From positions 2,463,470-2,527,469 of the forward strand of contig NZ_CP059557.1 in assembly GCF_022828475.1 (NCBI RefSeq): DNA of 64,000 nucleotides. The letters run 5' to 3'. This stretch comes from Saccharopolyspora gloriosae (GTDB lineage Bacteria > Actinomycetota > Actinomycetes > Mycobacteriales > Pseudonocardiaceae). A model generated the notes under the pieces. It was not told the origin of the DNA and did not search any database. It saw only the letters and a list, made by a program, of their open reading frames with translations. A program made the translations under genes and the position numbers. Positions 46,532-57,303 of this stretch are shown in pieces; the stretch's first letter is position 1; every line of letters begins with the position of its first letter.

Positions 46532-47701
46532 GTGTCTGCGACGACATCGGTGGCGATCATCGGCGGCGGAATCGGCGGGCTGACGCTCGCGGCGGCGCTG
46601 CGTCGGCGCGGGATGGACGCAGTGGTCTACGAGCAGGCTCCTGAACTGCGTGAAGTCGGCGCCGCGGTGGCTCTGTCAGCGAACGGGAATCGGGTGCTGC
46701 ACGAGCTCGGCCTGCGTGACGGGCTCGCCGAATGCGGCGCCGTGCCGACGGAGTTGATCTATCGGAATTGGGGAAGTGGTGCGCGCATCGCCGCTTACGG
46801 TGTCGGCGCGGACTACGAACGCCGGTTCGGCGCGCCTTATTACGGCGTGCATCGGGCGGACTTGCAGAAGTGCCTCGCGCGTGTGTGTGGAGACCGAGTG
46901 CGCTTGAATCACCGTCTCGTCGATATGGCCGATTCGGGCAATGGTCATCGGCTGGAATTCGCCAATGGTGCGGTGGCCTCGGCCGACCTGGTCGTCGGGG
47001 CCGACGGGGTGCACTCGACGGTGCGGCGGTGGGTCACCGGTGAGGAGACCGCGGTGTACTCGGGCACAAGCGGGTTCCGCGGACTGGTTCCGGCGGAGCA
47101 GCTGCCGTCGCTGCCCGACCCGGGCGCGATCCAGTTCTGGATGGGGCCGGGGGCGCACGTGCTGCACTATCCGATCGGCGACGGCTCGGTCGTCAACTTC
47201 CTCGCCGTCGTGCACGAACCGGAGCAGTGGGCCGGGGACACCTGGACCGAGCGGATGCCGCTGGAAGAGATCAGCACCTGCTTCGACGGCTGGCATCCCG
47301 GGGTGCGCGAGATGATCGAGCGCACGTCGTTGCCGCAGCGCTGGGCGCTGTTCGGCCAGCGGCCGCTGAACCACTGGTACCGGGACGGGGTCGTGCTGCT
47401 CGGTGACGCGGTGCACGCGATGCTGCCGCACCACGGTCAAGGCGCGAACCAGACCATCGAGGACGCCGCGACCCTCGCGGAGTGCCTGCACCGCGCGGAC
47501 CGCGAGGAAGCGCTGGCCCGCTACGAGCGCCTGCGGCGGGCACGGACGCGTGCGGTGCAACGCAGTTCTTGGACGGCCTCGGACCTGCTGCACCTGCCGG
47601 ACGGCCTGCGAGCCGAGCAGCGCAACCGGGCGCTGGAGAACATCCCGGCCACCTTGCGGTGGATCCATGCCCACGACGCCCGCGCCACCGCAGCAGCCTG
47701 A
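46532..47701 (+). CDS. FAD-dependent aromatic-ring monooxygenase (salicylate/3-hydroxybenzoate hydroxylase-like)
   Basis: GxGxxG VAIIGGGIGGLTLAAAL, DG motif ADLVVGADGVHSTVR, C-terminal GDAVHAMLPHHGQGANQTIEDA; start set to GTG 46532. Confidence 0.85.
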   Translation: MSATTSVAIIGGGIGGLTLAAALRRRGMDAVVYEQAPELREVGAAVALSANGNRVLHELGLRDGLAECGAVPTELIYRNWGSGARIAAYGVGADYERRFGAPYYGVHRADLQKCLARVCGDRVRLNHRLVDMADSGNGHRLEFANGAVASADLVVGADGVHSTVRRWVTGEETAVYSGTSGFRGLVPAEQLPSLPDPGAIQFWMGPGAHVLHYPIGDGSVVNFLAVVHEPEQWAGDTWTERMPLEEISTCFDGWHPGVREMIERTSLPQRWALFGQRPLNHWYRDGVVLLGDAVHAMLPHHGQGANQTIEDAATLAECLHRADREEALARYERLRRARTRAVQRSSWTASDLLHLPDGLRAEQRNRALENIPATLRWIHAHDARATAAA

Positions 47702-47715
47702 CTCGCGGTCGTCGC

Positions 47716-48777
47716 TCAGCTGAAGGCGCCTGAATAGGCGTTGAGCGCGGGTTGTCCGCCGAGGTGGGCGTAGAGGACGTTCGAGGTGTCGTCGATTTCG
47801 CCGTCGCGGATCAGGTCGATGAGTCCGGCCATCGACTTGCCCTCGTAAACCGGGTCGATGATCATGCCTTCGAGCCTGCCGCAGAGCCGGATCGCGTCGA
47901 TCGTGGACTGCACCGGGATGCCGTAGTGGTCGCCCGCCCAGCCTTCGAGGATCGTGATCTCGTCGTCGCGCAGGTCGCGTCCCAGCTCGATCAGGTCCGC
48001 GGTGTGCCGGGCGATCCGTGCGACCTGTTCGCGGGTCTTGTCCACGGTGGCGGACGCGTCGATGCCGATGATCCGGCGCGGTCGCTGCTGACCGGCGAAC
48101 CCGGCGATCATGCCGGCGTGCGTCGAGCCGGTGACGGTGCAGACGACGATCGTGTCGAAGAAGATTCCGAGCTGTTCCTCCTGCTGCGCGACTTCCTCCG
48201 CCCAGTTGGCGAAGCCGAGTCCGCCGAGCTTGTGCTCGGATGCGCCCGCGGGGATGCCGTAAGGGGTGCCACCGGCCGCCCGGACCTCTTCCAGCGCGTC
48301 TTCCCACGACCGGCGGATCCCGATGTCGAAGCCGCTCGGGTCCAGCTGCACGTCGGCGCCCATGATCCGGGAGAGCAGGATGTTGCCGACCTTGTCGTTG
48401 ACCGCGTCGGGCCAGTCCACCCATTTCTCCTGGACCAGCTTTGCCTTGAGCCCCAATTTCGCCGCGACGGCGGCGACCTGGCGGGTGTGGTTGGACTGGT
48501 GGCCGCCGATGGAGACCAGCGTGTCGGCGCCCGAAGCGAGCACGTCGGGAACGATGTACTCGAGTTTGCGGGTCTTGTTGCCGCCGTAGGCCAGGCCGGA
48601 GTTGCAGTCCTCGCGCTTGGCCCAGATCCGCGCCCCGCCCAGGTGCGCGGTGAGCCGGTCCAGCGGGTGGATCGGGCTGGGCCCGAACAGCAGCGGGTGG
48701 CGCGGGAAGTCGGCCAGTGACACGGAATCTCCTGGTTCTTGTCCGGGACGGCCCGGCGGTGCGTCGTGGACCGTCAT
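47716..48777 (-). CDS. 1-aminocyclopropane-1-carboxylate deaminase / D-cysteine desulfhydrase
   Basis: 354 aa from internal ATG; motif [10 protein letters not shown] (PLP lysine) and [21 protein letters not shown] diagnostic of AcdS/DcyD family. Confidence 0.85.
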   Translation of the reverse strand: MTVHDAPPGRPGQEPGDSVSLADFPRHPLLFGPSPIHPLDRLTAHLGGARIWAKREDCNSGLAYGGNKTRKLEYIVPDVLASGADTLVSIGGHQSNHTRQVAAVAAKLGLKAKLVQEKWVDWPDAVNDKVGNILLSRIMGADVQLDPSGFDIGIRRSWEDALEEVRAAGGTPYGIPAGASEHKLGGLGFANWAEEVAQQEEQLGIFFDTIVVCTVTGSTHAGMIAGFAGQQRPRRIIGIDASATVDKTREQVARIARHTADLIELGRDLRDDEITILEGWAGDHYGIPVQSTIDAIRLCGRLEGMIIDPVYEGKSMAGLIDLIRDGEIDDTSNVLYAHLGGQPALNAYSGAFS

Positions 48778-48972
48778 CTCGTGGGTGCGAGTGCCGATGA
48801 TCTCGTTGGAGGATTGCACAGGATGGGATCGGCCGGGTGATCTCACGCGAGGTTTCCACGGGGCGATCGCGGATGGTCTCGGCGGCGCGCTGCACGGGCT
48901 CGATCAGCTGGGGCGCGTCCGGCCGGTCGCTCGCCGACTCCTGGAGCAGCGCTCGGAAGCACCCGCACGCGG

Positions 48973-49437
48973 CTAGCCCGGGATGGGGCAGGCCGCCAAG
49001 GCGCGGGTGTGGTCGGGGAATCGCACCTGCCCGCCATCCGCGGCCGTGCACGTGATCTGGTCGAGGGCGGTGGCGGACAGTTCGCCGGAGTGCGGGGACG
49101 GAAGCACCCGCACTCGTTCCGCGGCTTCCAGCGTCACCGAGAACGGCGCGGCCTCGGGCGGCACCTCGGTGGTGAGTCCACGCGCACGTTCCTCGCTGGT
49201 GGGGCCTTGCGCGAGCAGCGCGAGCGCCTCGGCGCGCGAGAGCGGGGCGCCCGGGCGCGGCACCGGCACGAGCCGGCCCTCGGACAGCAGGTACAGGGTC
49301 GTCGCCTCGTCCGGTGCCGCCAGCCCGCTCGGCGGCGAGGAACCGACGATGACGCCGCTCGACCGCACCCCGCAGCCGGCGAGCAGGACCAGCGCGACGG
49401 CGGCGGAGAGCACCCGCAGGCCGAGCGTTCCGCTCAT
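48973..49437 (-). CDS. small lipoprotein of unknown function
   Basis: 154 aa; signal peptide + lipobox LLAGCG; translationally coupled (overlap) to the sensor kinase gene. Confidence 0.6.
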   Translation of the reverse strand: MSGTLGLRVLSAAVALVLLAGCGVRSSGVIVGSSPPSGLAAPDEATTLYLLSEGRLVPVPRPGAPLSRAEALALLAQGPTSEERARGLTTEVPPEAAPFSVTLEAAERVRVLPSPHSGELSATALDQITCTAADGGQVRFPDHTRALAACPIPG

Positions 49438-50866
49438 TCGCGCCCCTCCGCTTCGCGCGCCCGGCGCGGCAGGCGCAGCGTGAACACGGCACCGCCGTCC
49501 TCGGGTTGGCCGCGGAGAGCTCGCCTCGGTGGTCGCCGTCGCGGTGCAGGGTCGCGTTCTCCCGCGCGATCGACATGCCGAGTCCGCTGTCCTCCGAACG
49601 AGTGCGCGCGGTGTCGGCCTTGTAGAACCGGTCGAACACGTGGGGCAGCACCTCGGGGTCCAGGCCCGGTCCGTGGTCGCGGACCTCGACGGAGACCTGG
49701 TTCGCGTCCGCGCGCAACCGCACCGACACGGGAGGAGATCCGTGCCGCAACGCGTTGCCGACGAGGTTCGCGACGATGACGTCCACTCGCCGGGGATCGA
49801 CCGTCGCCGTGATCGCGGGCAGGTCGGTGTCGACGAGGTCGGTCCAGCCTCGTGTCCGCAGCGTCGCCCGCACCACCTCGGACATGTCGACGTCGTCCAG
49901 CACGAGCAGCGCGGTGCTGGAGTCGAACCTGCTGATCTCCATCAGTTCGTTCACCAGCCTGCTGAGGTTGCGGGTTTCCCTGCTGACCAGCCGAGCGGCC
50001 TCGCCGAGGTCCTCGGGCAGCCGATCGGCGTCCTCGTCGAGCATGTCGGCCACCGGTGTCACCGCGGCGAGCGGGGTGCGCAGCTCGTGCGACACGTCGG
50101 CGGCGAAGCGCTGGGCGTCCGCTTTCATCGTGTGCAGCCGGGCCACGTGCTGTTGCAGCTCCGCGGCCGTGTTGTTGAAGGTGTGCGCCACCCGGGCCAG
50201 TTCGTCGGTGCCGTGCACGGTCATCCTGGTCCGCAGATCTCCCTCGCCCAGCCGTCGCGCCGCGTCGCTGAGCTCGCGGACCGGGCGCAGCACTCCGCGC
50301 ACGATCAGCAGTGCCACCACGATCGCGGCCAGCAGGGCCGCCGCGCCGATCAGCCAGGCGCGCGCGGTGAGCTGCTCGATGCTGCGCTGCTCTTCGAGCA
50401 GGTCGTGGGTCTTGTAGACCTCGATCCCGGACGGCCGGACGGTGTGGTCCGGCTGCACGAGCAGCAGCGGTGTCCCGATGAACAGGATCGGCCTCCCGCC
50501 GCGCGACACCCGCTGCCACGCGAGTTCACCGCTTTGCACCGCGCGGCGCAGCTCCGCGGGAACCGCGTTCGGGTCCAGGCCGTTGTTGGTGTGGTCACCG
50601 CGGTGGACGGCGACCGCGGAGCCGTCCCGATCGTTGACCACGCCGGCGATCTCGTCGAGCGCGGCCCGTCCCGGCGCGGTGCCCGGTAGCGGGAACACCG
50701 CCTCCAGCCGGGTCGTCATCTCGTGCACCGCGGAATCCTGGGCCTGGCGCAGGATCAGGTTGCGTGCCTGCACGTACGAGGCGCCCGCGACGGCCACGGT
50801 GGTGATCACGCTCAGCAACGCGAACGCGAGCAGCAACCGGGTGCGCAACCCGAGGAAGCGACTCAC
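49434..50866 (-). pseudogene. OmpR-partner sensor histidine kinase (HAMP, HisKA, HATPase_c) with apparent -1 frameshift near 3' end
   Basis: N-terminal part in one frame up to ...GLGMSIARENATLH; conserved C-terminus ...PEDGGAVFTLRLPRRA lies in another frame; junction at ~49493-49497 in a CCGGG run (one G apparently missing). May be sequencing error rather than true pseudogene. GTG start overlaps RR stop (GTGA). Confidence 0.7.
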
Positions 50867-51537
50867 AGCGGCCCGAACCGGTAGCCGAACCCGCGCACCG
50901 TCTGCACGTAGACCGGCTGCGCGGGGAGGTCCTCGATCTTCGCGCGCAATCGCTGCACGCAGGCGTCGACGAGCCGCGAATCGCCCAGATAACCCTGGTC
51001 CCACACGGATTCCAGCAGCTGCCTGCGGCTGTGCACCCGGCCGGGCGCGGCCGACAACACCAACAGCATGCGCATCTCGGTCGGTGTCAGGCCGACCGTG
51101 GCGGCCCCCTTCGTCACCACCAGGCCCGCCCGGTCGATCGTCAGGTCTCGGTGCCGCTCGGGCGCGGCCTGCTCCCGGACCGCGCGCCGCAGCACCGCGC
51201 GGATCCTCGCCTCCAGCACCCGTGCCTGCACCGGCTTCACCACGTAGTCGTCCGCGCCGGCCTCCAGCCCGGCCACCACGTCCATGTCATCGCTGCGGGC
51301 GGTCAGCATGATGATCGGCACGTCGCTCGTGGCCTGGATCCGGCGGCAGACCTCAAAACCGTCGAGACCGGGCAGCATGAGGTCCAGCACCACGACATCG
51401 GGACGATCGGTGCGCGCCCGGTCCAGTCCCAGCTCCCCGGACTCCACCGCGTCCACCCGGTGCCCTTGCCGGGTCAGCGCCAAATCGAGGCTCTGCCGCA
51501 CCGCGGAATCGTCCTCGATCAGCAACACCCGTGACAT
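50863..51537 (-). CDS. OmpR family response regulator
   Basis: 225 aa; REC domain (MSRVLLIEDD...VVVLDLMLPGLDG) and trans_reg_C (…YVQTVRGFGYRFG). Confidence 0.9.
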   Translation of the reverse strand: MSRVLLIEDDSAVRQSLDLALTRQGHRVDAVESGELGLDRARTDRPDVVVLDLMLPGLDGFEVCRRIQATSDVPIIMLTARSDDMDVVAGLEAGADDYVVKPVQARVLEARIRAVLRRAVREQAAPERHRDLTIDRAGLVVTKGAATVGLTPTEMRMLLVLSAAPGRVHSRRQLLESVWDQGYLGDSRLVDACVQRLRAKIEDLPAQPVYVQTVRGFGYRFGPL

Positions 51538-51548
51538 GCCGTGGAGTA

Positions 51549-52187
51549 TCACACCCACCTTCGGCCCGCCGACCACGCGACCAGGCAGCCCAGTGCCGCC
51601 ACCACCAGCACCGCTCCCACCGAGTCGCTGACCCGGTGCCAGCCCACGAGCACCGTCGCCGCGCCGACGGCGGCGACCACCACGGCGCCCGCAACGGCGG
51701 CCCGCCACCGCAGATGCGCGGGCACCGCGAACAGGACGGTGCACACGATCGCCGCCACGACGGTGACGTGGCCGCTGGGGAAGCTGTTGTGCGAGGTCGC
51801 GTCGGCCACGTCGAACTCGGGGCGGGGCAATGCCGCTTTGAGCAGCCGGGCCGCGGTGAACGAGCACACGACCACGACGATGCCTGCGAGCGCGGCGCGA
51901 ATTCGGCCACCGAACGCGCTCGCCAGCACCACACCGGCGAGCACGCCGCCCAGCACGAGCGGGTCACCGGAGCACCAGAGCAGGCCCCTCGCGAGTACGA
52001 ACAGGAAGCCGCCGCGGTCCGCTTCGGGCGAGATCCCCTGGTCCAACGCCTGGCCGGGGTGCGTCCACACCAACGCGAAAGCCGTCAGGACCACACCGAT
52101 CAGGCAGGCCGAGGCCGCTTTCGGCAGCCTTGCGCGGCGATCGGCCTCATCGGCGGCCGATGCCGCGCGTTGTGAAATCTCTGCCAT
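51549..52187 (-). CDS. PAP2 family phosphatase (membrane)
   Basis: 212 aa; motifs KxxxxxxRP (KAALPRP), SFPSGH, HRVSD. Confidence 0.8.
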   Translation of the reverse strand: MAEISQRAASAADEADRRARLPKAASACLIGVVLTAFALVWTHPGQALDQGISPEADRGGFLFVLARGLLWCSGDPLVLGGVLAGVVLASAFGGRIRAALAGIVVVVCSFTAARLLKAALPRPEFDVADATSHNSFPSGHVTVVAAIVCTVLFAVPAHLRWRAAVAGAVVVAAVGAATVLVGWHRVSDSVGAVLVVAALGCLVAWSAGRRWV

Positions 52188-52399
52188 CCCACCAATGTCG
52201 ACCGACGATGTCCGCGTCGTGCGACCCGCATGTCATGGTTCTGTCACAGGCCCGCAGCGGACACGGCGGAACGACGAGCTCCGGCGAACCCCGAGCTGGT
52301 CCGCGTCGTGGCCTTTCTTCCGAGTTCCCAACAAAAAGCAGGTCCGCCCGTGGTCGGAAGAACCACGAGCGGACCCGCCTCGCCATCAGCCGGACGTGA

Positions 52400-53710
52400 T
52401 CAGCTGCTCGCCGCCACGGCCGAGCGGTTCTCGTCCTCCGGCACCTTCAGGTAGCCGACCATCACGAACGCGGCGGCGTAGAGCAGGACGAACGCCCACA
52501 CCACGGCGGCGTTCCCGAGGCCGACGGCCAGGACGACGGCCGGTACGGCAGCGCCGAGGAAGGCAGCACCGCCCGCCGCGGTGGTGTACATGGCCATCGC
52601 TGCACCCTTCTGCTCGTCGACGAGCGCGGGCATGATCGCGCCCATCGGCACGAACCCGGCCAGCAGTGCGCCGAACACGCAGCCCGCGGCGGTCGCGGCC
52701 CAGAAACCCCACACCGAGCCGGCGGGAACGAGGTGCGCCACGTACCACCAGGCGAGCAGGCCGACCGCGGACCCGAAGACGCCGAACCACTGCACGGTGC
52801 GCCGCCAGCCCCACCGGTCCCCGATGGCGCCGAACACGGCGTTGAGCAGGATGTTGGACGCGTAGACCAACGTCGTCATGATCAGCCAGCGCGACTGGCC
52901 CCAGCCGAGCTCTTCGGCGATCACCGTCGGCAGGATGATGAACATGCCGTACTGGGGCGCGGTGTTGATCAGCCGCACGAGGAAGCCCATCAGGATCTTC
53001 GGCCGCCGCACGGTCAGCCGCAGACCCGCGGTCAGCACCTCGCTCGCCGACAACTCCGGCGGCGCGACGCGGCTGTCGCCCCGCGGCTCGTGCACCGCGA
53101 ACTGCCCGATCAGGAACCCGATCACCACGAGCGCGATGGAGGCGACCATCGCCCCGGTCTCACCGCCCGTGCCGCCGCCGAAGACCGGGATCATGCCCAG
53201 CGCGTACAGCGAGCCCAGCGTGGGCAGGCCGCCGGTGAACATCACGTAGAACCAGCCGACGGCTTTTCCGTTGCGGTGCACCGGGGTGACGACGTTGACC
53301 CAGACCAGGAACGCGAACGCGAACAGCGGATAGCCGAACCCGCGCAGGAAGTAGGTCAGGAACACCAGCGGCATGCTGCCGGTGCCGAGGCTCAGCAGGA
53401 ACAGCACTTCGAACACGACCCACACGGCGGCGCCGAGCTGCATCACGCGGCGCGGCCCCCACAGGTCGGCCAGCACGCCCGAGAGGTAGCTGCCCACCAG
53501 CACGGACACGCCGTACATCGAGATGATCGTGCTGACGGTGGTGGCGGGACTGCCCAGCACCGTCTCGATGTGCGGGGAGATGAAGTTGGTCTCGGTCCCG
53601 TTGCCGGTCATGAAGACCAGCACCGCGAAGAAGCCCCAACGCAGCGAATGCGGGATGCCGACCCGGTCCAGGAACGTGTCCTGCGTTCTTGCGGTGGCGG
53701 TATTGGTCAT
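52400..53710 (-). CDS. MFS transporter
   Basis: ~437 aa, 12 TM; trimmed from a 695-aa six-frame ORF to ATG at 53708-53710. Confidence 0.75.
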   Translation of the reverse strand: MTNTATARTQDTFLDRVGIPHSLRWGFFAVLVFMTGNGTETNFISPHIETVLGSPATTVSTIISMYGVSVLVGSYLSGVLADLWGPRRVMQLGAAVWVVFEVLFLLSLGTGSMPLVFLTYFLRGFGYPLFAFAFLVWVNVVTPVHRNGKAVGWFYVMFTGGLPTLGSLYALGMIPVFGGGTGGETGAMVASIALVVIGFLIGQFAVHEPRGDSRVAPPELSASEVLTAGLRLTVRRPKILMGFLVRLINTAPQYGMFIILPTVIAEELGWGQSRWLIMTTLVYASNILLNAVFGAIGDRWGWRRTVQWFGVFGSAVGLLAWWYVAHLVPAGSVWGFWAATAAGCVFGALLAGFVPMGAIMPALVDEQKGAAMAMYTTAAGGAAFLGAAVPAVVLAVGLGNAAVVWAFVLLYAAAFVMVGYLKVPEDENRSAVAASS

Positions 53711-53727
53711 GGTGGTGGCCTCTGCGT

Positions 53728-54840
53728 TCACGCGTTGGGAAGGATCGAGACCTTCACCGACGCACCCGAGGTGTCGGCGACCAGGTCCAGTGCTCGCTGG
53801 AAATCGCTCAGCGGTAGCTGGTGGGTGCAGATCGCCTCGACCGGGATCTTCCCCTGCTCCAGCAGCTTGATCGCCGCGGGCCAGCAGTGCGGCCCGAGGT
53901 GCGCGCCGAGAACGTTGAGCTCCTTGTCGTCGGAGATGATCGACCAGTCGACCGTCACGTCCGAACCGAAGACCGAATACTCCACGTAGGTCCCGAGCTT
54001 GCGCAGCAGGTTCAATCCCTGCCCGACCGCCGGAGTGGCGCCGGTGCCCTCCAGGTAGACGTCGGCGCCGTAGCCCTCGGTCAGTTCCGCGACCTTGGCG
54101 ACCACGTCCTCCTTCGCGGGGTTGAACGTGATGTCGGCCCCGCAGCGGCGGCCCAGTTCGAGCTTGTCGTCGTCGAGGTCGAGCGCCACCAGCGTCATCG
54201 GGTTCTTCTGCCGGGCACCGGCGATGAGACCCAGACCGATGGGGCCGCAGCCGGCCACGACCACCACGTCGCCGAACGTGATGCCCGCGCGTTCCACCGC
54301 GTGCAGCGCGCACGAGAGCGGTTCGGCGTAAGCGGCGTGCTCCGGCTTCAGGTCGTGCGAGACCTTGTGCGCCCGCGCCTTTTTCGGCACCAGCGTGTAC
54401 TGGGCCATCGCGCCGTTGTAGTTGCGGAAGCCGAACATGTCGTGCGGGCCGCACATCCAGTACTGGCCGCGGCGACAGTAGCGGCACTCCTCGCAGGGCA
54501 CGATCTGCTCGCAGGCGATCCGGTCGCCGAGTTCGACCCGGTGGTGCTCCAGCGCCTCCTGATCACCGGCCACGATGGTTCCGACGAACTCGTGCCCGGG
54601 CGTGATGCCCTTTTGCGCCCAAGCGGACCGGTTCTCGTCGCCCCAGAACTTCGCCGCGCCGTGGTAGCACTTCAGATCGCTGGCGCAGACACCGACCGCT
54701 TCTACTTCGATCAACAGTTCGCCCGCGGCCGGTTCGGGGACGTCGACCTCTTCTAGGCGGTAGTCCTCCGGGCCGTGGACGACGACAGCCGACATTCGGC
54801 TGGGAATGGGGTTCGGCACCTTTGCCTCCAGTGGTTCCAC
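53728..54840 (-). CDS. zinc-dependent medium-chain alcohol dehydrogenase (threonine/sorbitol dehydrogenase-like)
   Basis: Catalytic Zn motif GHEFVGTIV, structural Zn CEECRYCRRGQYWMC, NAD GxGxxG VVAGCGPIGLG; start may instead be ATG at 54793-54795. Confidence 0.85.
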   Translation of the reverse strand: MEPLEAKVPNPIPSRMSAVVVHGPEDYRLEEVDVPEPAAGELLIEVEAVGVCASDLKCYHGAAKFWGDENRSAWAQKGITPGHEFVGTIVAGDQEALEHHRVELGDRIACEQIVPCEECRYCRRGQYWMCGPHDMFGFRNYNGAMAQYTLVPKKARAHKVSHDLKPEHAAYAEPLSCALHAVERAGITFGDVVVVAGCGPIGLGLIAGARQKNPMTLVALDLDDDKLELGRRCGADITFNPAKEDVVAKVAELTEGYGADVYLEGTGATPAVGQGLNLLRKLGTYVEYSVFGSDVTVDWSIISDDKELNVLGAHLGPHCWPAAIKLLEQGKIPVEAICTHQLPLSDFQRALDLVADTSGASVKVSILPNA

Positions 54841-55118
54841 AACACAATCAATCGACCCGCTCGCCGAGGCGGCGGGTCAGTTTCGTTCCCGGGGCAGGCT
54901 GCGGCCAATGGCAGCGATCAGCAGGGCGCTCGTGGGTCGCGATGCGCTCGCGGAGAGGGGCCGGGCAACGTCGAGCGGCGGCGGTGACGCGTCCCTGCCG
55001 CCTGGCCCGGCTTCGGCGGGCCGGTCCTGTCGTGTTGCCGTGCACTGCTCTCCTCGCACGTCTGACCCCGATGTCGACGAAGTGCTAACCTTCCGATCCG
55101 CGCCGCTCATTAGTCAAC

Positions 55119-56087
55119 ATGGACCGCTCAAATGAGCGGTCGGAGGGTCAGTCGGGAGGACAGGTGGGTCCGGAGCGGCAGATGCTGGCCGCGCTCGTCG
55201 CGACGAAGCACTACTTCGAGAAGCAGACGAAATCCCAGATCGCCGAGGAACTCGCGCTGTCCCGGTTTCAAGTCGCGCGGCTGCTCGAAGCGGCGCACGT
55301 GGAAGGCATCGTGCGCATCACCGTGGAGCTTCCCTCCGGTGTGGACGCCGAGCTCTCGGACCGGCTTCGCCGCCGTTTCGGGCTCAAGCGCGCACTCGCC
55401 GTGGTCACCGCCGACGATCCGGCGACGCGCCGGAGGCAGCTCGGGCAGGTCGCGGCCGACCTGCTCGCCGACGTGGTGACCGAGGACGACTGCCTCGGCG
55501 TCGCCTGGGGGCGCACGCTCGGCTCGATTCCCGCCGCGCTCACCAGGCTGGCGACCTGCCCGGTGGTCCAGCTGACGGGCGTCGCCGGTTCCGTCTCGGA
55601 GAACACCGTTGAACTGGTGCGGCAGATGTCCGCGGTCAGCGGCGGTCCGGCGACCCCGATCTACGCGCCCTTCGTCGTCGCCGACACCGCGACGGCCCAC
55701 GGACTGCGCAGCCAGCCCGGAATCGCCCGCGCGCTCGAGCTGCACCGGACGGTGACCCGGGCAGTGGTCGGGGTCGGCAGCTGGGACCCGCCCGATTCGA
55801 AACTGCACGACTCGTTGCCGGTGGAGGAGCGGCGAGTGTTGCTCGGCAAGGGCGTGCAGGCCGAGGTGTGCGGGACGCTGCTCAACGCGCAGGGCGGGGT
55901 GGTCAGCGGGCTCGAGAACCGCTGCATCGCCATCCCGGCGGAACTCCTGCGGAAGGTCCCCGAGGTCATCGCCGTGGGCGGCGGGGCCACGAAGATCAAG
56001 GCCATGCTCGCCGCGATCCGATCCGGCCTCATCCACGGCCTCGTCACCGACGCCACCGCCGCCAACGAGCTGCTGTCGCTGGAGTGA
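55119..56087 (+). CDS. SorC/DeoR-type sugar-binding transcriptional regulator
   Basis: N-terminal HTH (KSQIAEELALSRFQVARLLEAA) and C-terminal sugar-binding domain; start possibly at internal ATG 55182. Confidence 0.8.
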   Translation: MDRSNERSEGQSGGQVGPERQMLAALVATKHYFEKQTKSQIAEELALSRFQVARLLEAAHVEGIVRITVELPSGVDAELSDRLRRRFGLKRALAVVTADDPATRRRQLGQVAADLLADVVTEDDCLGVAWGRTLGSIPAALTRLATCPVVQLTGVAGSVSENTVELVRQMSAVSGGPATPIYAPFVVADTATAHGLRSQPGIARALELHRTVTRAVVGVGSWDPPDSKLHDSLPVEERRVLLGKGVQAEVCGTLLNAQGGVVSGLENRCIAIPAELLRKVPEVIAVGGGATKIKAMLAAIRSGLIHGLVTDATAANELLSLE

Positions 56088-56097
56088 CCTCGGGAAA

Positions 56098-57303
56098 TCA
56101 GGCCGGTAGTGCGGTGTCGAGTGCTGCGCGGAGGTCGGCGATGAGATCGTCGGGGTCTTCAAGACCGACCGAGAGCCGCAGGTGGCCGTAGCGCTGGAAC
56201 GGCTCGGGGTAGTGCTCGTCGCCGCCCCGGGTACCGGGCGCTACGTGCACGATCAGCGATTCGTCGTGCCCGAGCGAGACGGCGGAAGTGATCACGCGCA
56301 GCGCGTTGACGAACCGGTTCTGCACCGCGGCGTCGCCGTCCAGCGCGAAGGCCAGCACCGCCCCGAAGCCGCGGCCGCCGAACTGCCGTGCGGCGAGCTC
56401 GTGCTGCGGATGCTCCGGCAGGCCGGGGTAGGCCACGAACGCGGTCCGCGGGTCGGCGTCGAGGACTGCGGCGATCCGCTGCGCGGTGGCGAGGTGCTGC
56501 CGCAGTCGCAGCGGCAACGTCACGGAACCCCGCATGATCAGCCAGGCGTTGAACGGCGCGAGGACCCCGCCCACGTCCACGCTCGCGTCGTTGCGGATCG
56601 TCGAGACGAGTTCGCGGGAGCCGATCACCGCCCCGCCCATGGCGTCGCCGTGGCCGTTGATGAACTTCGTCAGCGAGTGCACCACCAGGTCGGCCCCGTC
56701 GGCCAGCGCCCGGTACAGAGGCGGCGGGGTGAACGTGCCGTCCACGCTCAGCAGCGCCCCCGCAGCGTGCGCGATGTCCGCCACCGCGCCGATGTCGGTG
56801 ACCGCGGTGGTCGGGTTGGCGATCGTCTCCACGTGCACCAGCCGCGTGGACGGGCGTACCGCGGCGCGCACTGCCTCCAGGTCGGCGGTGTCGACGAACG
56901 TCGCCTCGATTCCGTAGCGCTTCGGCAGCAGTTCGGCGAACAGCCGCCACACCGCCTCGTAGGTCACCGCCGAGACCACCACGTGGTCGCCGCTGCGCAG
57001 GTGGGTGAAGAACACCGCGTGCAGCGCGGCGACCCCGCTGGCGAACACCAGCGCCTGCTCGCCGCCTTCCAGCGCGGCGAGCTTCGTCTCCAGTGCGTGC
57101 TGGTTGACGTTCCCGTTGCGGGCGTAGATCAGGGTGTCGGGATCCGACCAGCTCACCTTCGAGGCGTCCTCGGGAAGGGCGTAGGAATTGGCCAGCACCA
57201 GCGGAGTGCGCAGTGCCCCTGAGGCATCGATGGCGTTCCCGCCGTGCACTGCCCAAGTGTCGTCGCCGAGCGTGGCGGGATCGTGCTTGTCCGGAGTGGA
57301 CAT
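56098..57303 (-). CDS. Cys/Met-metabolism PLP-dependent enzyme (cystathionine gamma-synthase/methionine gamma-lyase-like)
   Basis: 401 aa; PLP-lysine motif HSLTKFINGHGD, overall Cys_Met_Meta_PP pattern. Confidence 0.8.
   Translation of the reverse strand: MSTPDKHDPATLGDDTWAVHGGNAIDASGALRTPLVLANSYALPEDASKVSWSDPDTLIYARNGNVNQHALETKLAALEGGEQALVFASGVAALHAVFFTHLRSGDHVVVSAVTYEAVWRLFAELLPKRYGIEATFVDTADLEAVRAAVRPSTRLVHVETIANPTTAVTDIGAVADIAHAAGALLSVDGTFTPPPLYRALADGADLVVHSLTKFINGHGDAMGGAVIGSRELVSTIRNDASVDVGGVLAPFNAWLIMRGSVTLPLRLRQHLATAQRIAAVLDADPRTAFVAYPGLPEHPQHELAARQFGGRGFGAVLAFALDGDAAVQNRFVNALRVITSAVSLGHDESLIVHVAPGTRGGDEHYPEPFQRYGHLRLSVGLEDPDDLIADLRAALDTALPA

Noticed and set aside
46676-51004. 1442-aa minus-strand ORF
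   Set aside because: Only its 5' ~480 codons (the sensor kinase, up to the frameshift) look real; the rest runs antisense or out of frame through the lipoprotein, ACC deaminase and monooxygenase genes with nonsense composition.
52400-54487. 695-aa extension of the MFS transporter ORF
   Set aside because: Upstream part overlaps the Zn-ADH gene out of frame; MFS gene starts at 53710.
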